Notes under the pieces: model-generated | The model's input: the letters and a program-made list of their open reading frames with translations, nothing else | Database searches by the model: none | What the model was told of the DNA's origin: nothing | Translations under genes and position numbers: made by a program | Assembly: GCA_030704615.1 (NCBI GenBank) | Contig: CM060731.1 | Location: forward strand, 86,428,001 to 86,492,000 | Direction: 5' to 3' | Length of the DNA: 64,000 nucleotides | Source of the DNA: Takakia lepidozioides | Lineage: Eukaryota > Plantae > Bryophyta | In this document: one piece after another, positions 59,412 to 64,000 of the stretch | Numbering within the stretch: the first letter of the stretch is position 1 | Layout of the letters: every line of letters starts with the position of its first letter

Positions 59412-62285
59412 GAGTGCTCTTGCAATCCGTGCTCACAGCCGTGAAGAATTCCATCATGGATTCGAAACCAGGGGTGTCTTTAGGCTCTGTACTGGGTGCC
59501 CTCTTCTTGGCTTTCCCCTTCAGCTCCTCCACAGACTTGATGTGTGCCACCTTCTTTGCCCTGGCAGCCAGAGCGTCAAGGAAGCTCTCATTGACACAAT
59601 GGATGATGGTTGGGGGTTCTAGCTTTGGCCTCTGCGGAAACGTCACCGCCGAATACCGTCGTTTAGGCTCGCCCTCAAATGCCAACTTCTTGGCAGAGCC
59701 AGTCCCAGTCCGAACTGACTTGGGAACCCGGACGACCGGTGACTTGGTACCAGCAGCAGCAGTCGTAGGACCTTGCACAAAGTTGTCGTCGGAGTCACTC
59801 CCTTGGGGCCCCTCCTGCGCCTCCTCTGGTGCCCCGGTGGTTTTCTGTTTTTTGGGGGTTACTGTACTCCCCTGTTTCCGTGTCCTTTTCTTTTGACCTT
59901 TATTCTTCTCATTCAATTTCTCCTGAATACCTGCCTGAGCAAGCTCTGCCGCTTTCCTGGACTTGGCAAGCGCTTTCGCCTCCTTTGGACCCAGCGGAGG
60001 CAGCGGAGCCCGGTTTCGTCGGGCCTCCGCATCCAGCTTCAATTGAAACTCAGATGAGTCGAGCGAGCCGGGCGGAAGGTCCACATACCAAGGGCAGTCG
60101 CGCAAATGTTCCAGATGCCACTCCTTCACGATAACGTCAGTGTACATGGAGTCAGCCCCAGGGTTCCTCCATGCGAGGAAGATTGGCGGCTCGAAGGACA
60201 GATGACCTTTCTCCAAAAGGGAGAACTTGCAGTACCTGCATTCAAGAAACACACACAGAATGAGGTCCCAGGAACAAGGTAAATTTTAGGGAATGAAACT
60301 GCAAAATAGACGCGAAAAATGGCGCCGAATTTCCAGTTTCGGTGCCAGCCACCCCAGGGACCGAGCCATTTTTGGGGCCCTGAATTGGAAATTCGGCACC
60401 ATTTTCCCAGGTTGGGGCCGAAAATGGCTAAGTCCCATAACTGACTGGGGCCGGAACTGGAAAAATGGCGCCGAATTTCAGGTTTCGGTGCCAGCCACCC
60501 AAGGGACTTAGCCATTTTCAGGGCCCTGAACTGGAAATTCGGCGCCATTTTCCCAGGTTGGGGCCGAAAATGGCTATACCCAGAACTGACTGGGCCCGGA
60601 AGTGGAAAAATGGCGCCAAATTTCCAGTTTCGGTGCCAGACACCCCAATGACTTAGCCATTTTCGGGGCCCTGAACTGGATATGCGGCGCCATTTTCCCA
60701 GGTTGGGGCCGAGAATGGCTAAGTCCCAGATCTGACTGGGCCTGCAACTGGAAAAATGGCGCCGAATTTCCAGACTGAGTGCCAGCCACCCCCTGGACAG
60801 CCATCCCCCAGGGCCCAAATCCGGAAATTCGGCGCCATTTTTCCAATGACTTCTTCACAACTAATTTTCATGCGCCACATAAGGCCTCTTAAATCCTCGA
60901 AATGTAGGGACTAAAAAGAAATGCATCGCGTATGTACTTGTACAGAAGACGCATTGCCGCTTTGTCCGCGTTCGGCTGGTCGGTGAACTCGTGGCTCCGG
61001 CGGGCATGGGGTATCTCTCGAAAGAATAGGTCGGTTTTGTGGAGCAGAAAGTACCTCGTCACATAGTCGCATAGGCTCTCTACTTCACCAGAAATCTCCA
61101 GCTTGAACTGATGTGCTGCTCTTGCGCATTCGTCGTCACCTGTGGACATTCTCCATCAGACCGCTTTCCTCAAAAAATACAATAAATCCATCCGATACAA
61201 GTGTAGAAGCCCCAAATGAAGCGTGGGAAAGTACCTGAAACCACCATGTCATGCGGTTCATCCACATGTCGAATGTGGGGTCGGACAGTTTGTCGGGTTT
61301 GGGGAAGCTCCACATGTCCCTTGTACTTTGGGAACCATTCCAGATTTGGAGCCACCGGGTCTGTCCAACCACCCAGCATATTAGTAAGCGCCAAACACCA
61401 TAAAAACGAATTGCTGCCATGACAATTTGGTTAAGAATGTATAACCTTTTCTGTCAATGTCATCGTGGGCCTCAGAGCGCGGGAGTAGTGCTTCCCCACC
61501 TCCACCAGAAAGTCGGCACCAAGGGCGGGATCAGCTATGGCCACGTACTTTACCATCTGTGACTTGTACTTTATGCGAGCCTTCGCCTCCGCAGCTTTGA
61601 GATATGATTCCAGTGCCGGGAGGGTTAGTTTCTTCTCCTTTGACTCCATGTAGAACCTCCGCGCATGTGCCAAATCCTGCTGAATTTTTGTCTGTCAAGA
61701 ATGCGCACATAAGATTAGAAATCCTGGTCAACACTTTTTCTTCTATTGGGGGAAGAGAGACAGATTAGCTGAACAAAACAGTCAGGAGCTTTATCCGAAA
61801 TTTTTAGTCCACCATGGCGTCCATGCTCAGCCTATACCAGGTTCTGTCTGCCTTTGCCTCCAACTTGCGCAGTAGGTCGGCACTGAGCGAATTGGCAAAC
61901 TCTTGCACCCCCTGCTTCCCGACATCCTTCACTCGGAAGAGCATATGGTGTAACCGGTGTGTTACTGCCTGTTTGTGGTGTCTTGGAGGGATCCACCGTC
62001 TCTGTGCATCCCTCGCTTACATGGGCATCTGTCATTTCGACACCCCTGGCCTCTTCAGTGGCCTTTTCTAGCCTCCTGGCTAGCCTTCTGTCTCGCCTGT
62101 TCTTTTGCCCTCTCTTTTGCCCTCCCACGGGCCTTCTGTTTCTTACTAGGGGTAGCAGCAGGGGAGGCCTCCAGGACGACCACCTTTGATTGAGGCGAAC
62201 TGACACCCTCATGCACCTTGCTCACTCCCCCCTCCGCAGCCCGTGACGGCTCTCTCGCTGGGGATTGCATGTGCTTGGCTTGCAA
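58800..62285 (-). pseudogene. Large multi-exon gene ending in a beta-class amino-methyltransferase-like domain (DIPD in place of DPPY), truncated before the SAM-binding motif
   Basis: Minus-strand ORFs from 60889 to 62285; acceptor TGCAG at about 60236; TIIHCVNESFL...CDMILLDIPDG...LAGMLLDDGGCIMVL...; next exon YNY...KPWRYSR. Confidence 0.5.
60313..60844. repeat. 146-bp tandem repeat with eight 22-bp palindromes in alternating orientation (about 73-bp spacing), inside a probable intron
   Basis: GGAAAAATGGCGCCGAATTTCC or its reverse complement at 60313, 60387, 60459, 60533, 60604, 60678, 60750 and 60823. Confidence 0.93.
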
Positions 62286-62890
62286 CGACCTGGCTCCTTT
62301 CTAACCCCTCTGACCTTGATCATTCATCTCACCAACTCGTGCTTTTGCGATGCAACCATGCACTTCTAGGGCTGCCAGGCTGAAGATGCCAAAACAAAAA
62401 AAAAAAGCGAGGAAGACCGCACATGTTACACAAAGCGAAAGAGGAAGGGGCTTGCCTGAGAGTGCTCGGCTTCAGTTGGCGCGGGCTGTGAGCAAGACAA
62501 TGGGATCTATTGATGGAGCTTCAGTTTGGCCATGCGAGAGGTTGGACGCCGCCCGTAGTACAAAGCCTTCAGCTTCCGCCGCGGTCTGGGTGTGGGGTTT
62601 CTCTCAGGAGAGCCACGCCCTTCTCCACGCGGCATAAGTCCCAGCAAAAGAAAAAATCTCCCGAGGTATGCGTGCGTACATGCCTCGAATGGAACTTCAT
62701 CCAAGCGTCACATCAGGTGTCGAAGGCGTATCCGGGAAGCAAGCGCGGAATCTTTGTGGAACATCCGGTTCAAAACCGACGGCGGAGAACATTTAATGCG
62801 CAACTGCGCCATTAAATGTTGTAGGTATGGAGGTCGGCCACAGGCGCTGACAGGCCCACCCTCCCCCCGAGACTTCATCAGTCGCCCGTT

Positions 62891-63217
62891 GGATGGAAAA
62901 AACGGCGCTGAAATTTCCATCCAGCGGATGAAGTAGGACGCAACGTGGCCCTCCCTTCGCCCGAGCCGTTCTCATCCACGAGACGCCGGATGGAAAAGTC
63001 CATCCTGCAGGTAATTCGGAGCGCGGCCGGATGGAAATCCGGCGCCGAATTTCCATCCTGCAGGTAATTCAGAGCGGGGCCGGATGGAAATCCGGCGCCG
63101 AATTTGCAACCTGCAAGTAATTCGGAGCGGGGCTGGATGGAAATCCAGCGCCGAATTTCCAACCTGCAGGTAATTCGGAGCGGGGCCGGATGGAAATTCG
63201 GAGCAAATTTCCATCCT
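62891..63217. repeat. 53-bp tandem repeat carrying GGATGGAAATCCGGCGCCGAATTTCCATCC
   Basis: Palindromes at 63029, 63082, 63135 and 63188; variants at 62891 and 62988. Confidence 0.93.
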
Positions 63218-63321
63218 GCAGCCACAAAATTCCAAGTTTAGTGTGTAACCAGTCAAAAAAACGTGAAAAACTTGATGCAACAACTAAAAATTGTTGAAGA
63301 AGGGCCGATATGGGCGTCTGT

Positions 63322-64000
63322 GGATGGAAATTCGGCGCCGTTTTTCCATCTGGGGGATGTTCTCTGTCGGCCATGTGTCGACCTCTCCCCCCGAGACGAC
63401 TTCATCCAACGGGCCTCGGATGGAAATTCGGCGCCGTTTTTCCATCCGGGGGATATTCTCTGTCGGCCAGGTGTCGGCCTCTCCCCCCGAGACGACTTCA
63501 TCCAACGGGCCTCGGTTGGAAATTCGGCGCCGTTTTTCCATCCGGGGGATGTTCTCTGTCGGCCAGGTGTCGGCCTCTCCCCCCGAGACGACTTCATCCA
63601 ACGGGCCTCGGTTGGAAATTCGGCGCCGTTTTTCCATCCGGGGGATGTTCTCTGTCGGCCAGGTGTTGGCCTCTCCCCCCGAGACGACTTCATCCAACGG
63701 GCCTCGGTTGGAAATTCGGCACCGTTTTTCCATCCGGCGGATGATCTCTATCAGCCTGGTGTCGCCTCTCCCCCCGTGACGACTTCATCCGAACGGCCTC
63801 GGATGGAAATTCGGCGCCGTTTTTCCATCCGGCGGATGATCTCTGTCGGCTAGGTGACCGCCTCTCCCCCCGAGACGACTTCATCCGGCCGGCCTCGGAT
63901 GGAAATTCGGTGCCGTTTTTCCTTCCAGAGGCTGATCTCTGTCGGCCTGGTGTCACCTCTCCCCCCGTGACGAATTCATCCGAACGGCCTTGGATGGAAA
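63322..64000. repeat. 96-bp tandem repeat carrying GGATGGAAATTCGGCGCCGTTTTTCCATCC; runs off the window end
   Basis: Units at 63322, 63418, 63514, 63610, 63706, 63801, 63897 and 63992. Confidence 0.95.

Noticed and set aside
59078-59896. 272-aa plus-strand ORF and similar antisense ORFs over TE genes
   Set aside because: Shadow frames of coding sequence on the opposite strand.
1166-60844. Giant inverted duplication (array-MTase-PPR mirrored at both ends)
   Set aside because: Intervening sequences are not visibly homologous, and the MTase copies are far more diverged than the PPR copies.
62793-63956. Repetitive-peptide ORFs in the tandem arrays (also 1178-1563 and 60126-60858)
   Set aside because: They are open in several frames on both strands because the GC-rich repeats lack stops.

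Overview
Repeat-dense nuclear DNA from a land plant, probably a seed-free (bryophyte-like) lineage; this is inferred from the PLS-DYW PPR genes, CCB4, AP2/ERF, spliceosomal introns and TE types. The only clearly intact host gene is an intronless C2H2(QxLGGH)-AP2/ERF fusion at 30.5-31.9 kb. Host remnants are two PPR-DYW pieces and a 5' CCB4 fragment next to a 3' VPS33 fragment. The rest is transposons, several carrying chromatin-modifier cargo. (1) Two diverged CACTA elements, plus a 1.9-kb duplicate, carry a Zn-motif/Pro-rich/SET-domain gene beside the TnpD transposase. (2) A three-level Ty3/Gypsy nest spans 33.4-52 kb. Its innermost element encodes a DNMT3-like C5 cytosine methyltransferase in frame between protease and RT, plus a PHD finger on the integrase. 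It has a self-priming PBS and sits as a circularly permuted two-LTR molecule opened at an internal GACA-GC-TGTC palindrome with a 4-bp TSD. (3) A beta-class amino-methyltransferase-like gene family occurs at both ends of the window, next to arrays of one 22-bp palindrome spaced at 53, 73 and 96 bp; one array has a CRISPR-like repeat/unique-linker layout. Also present: a tRNA-derived SINE with TSD, a Copia remnant and a DUF7869-like transposase fragment. All domain calls come from motif recognition by eye, not from database searches.
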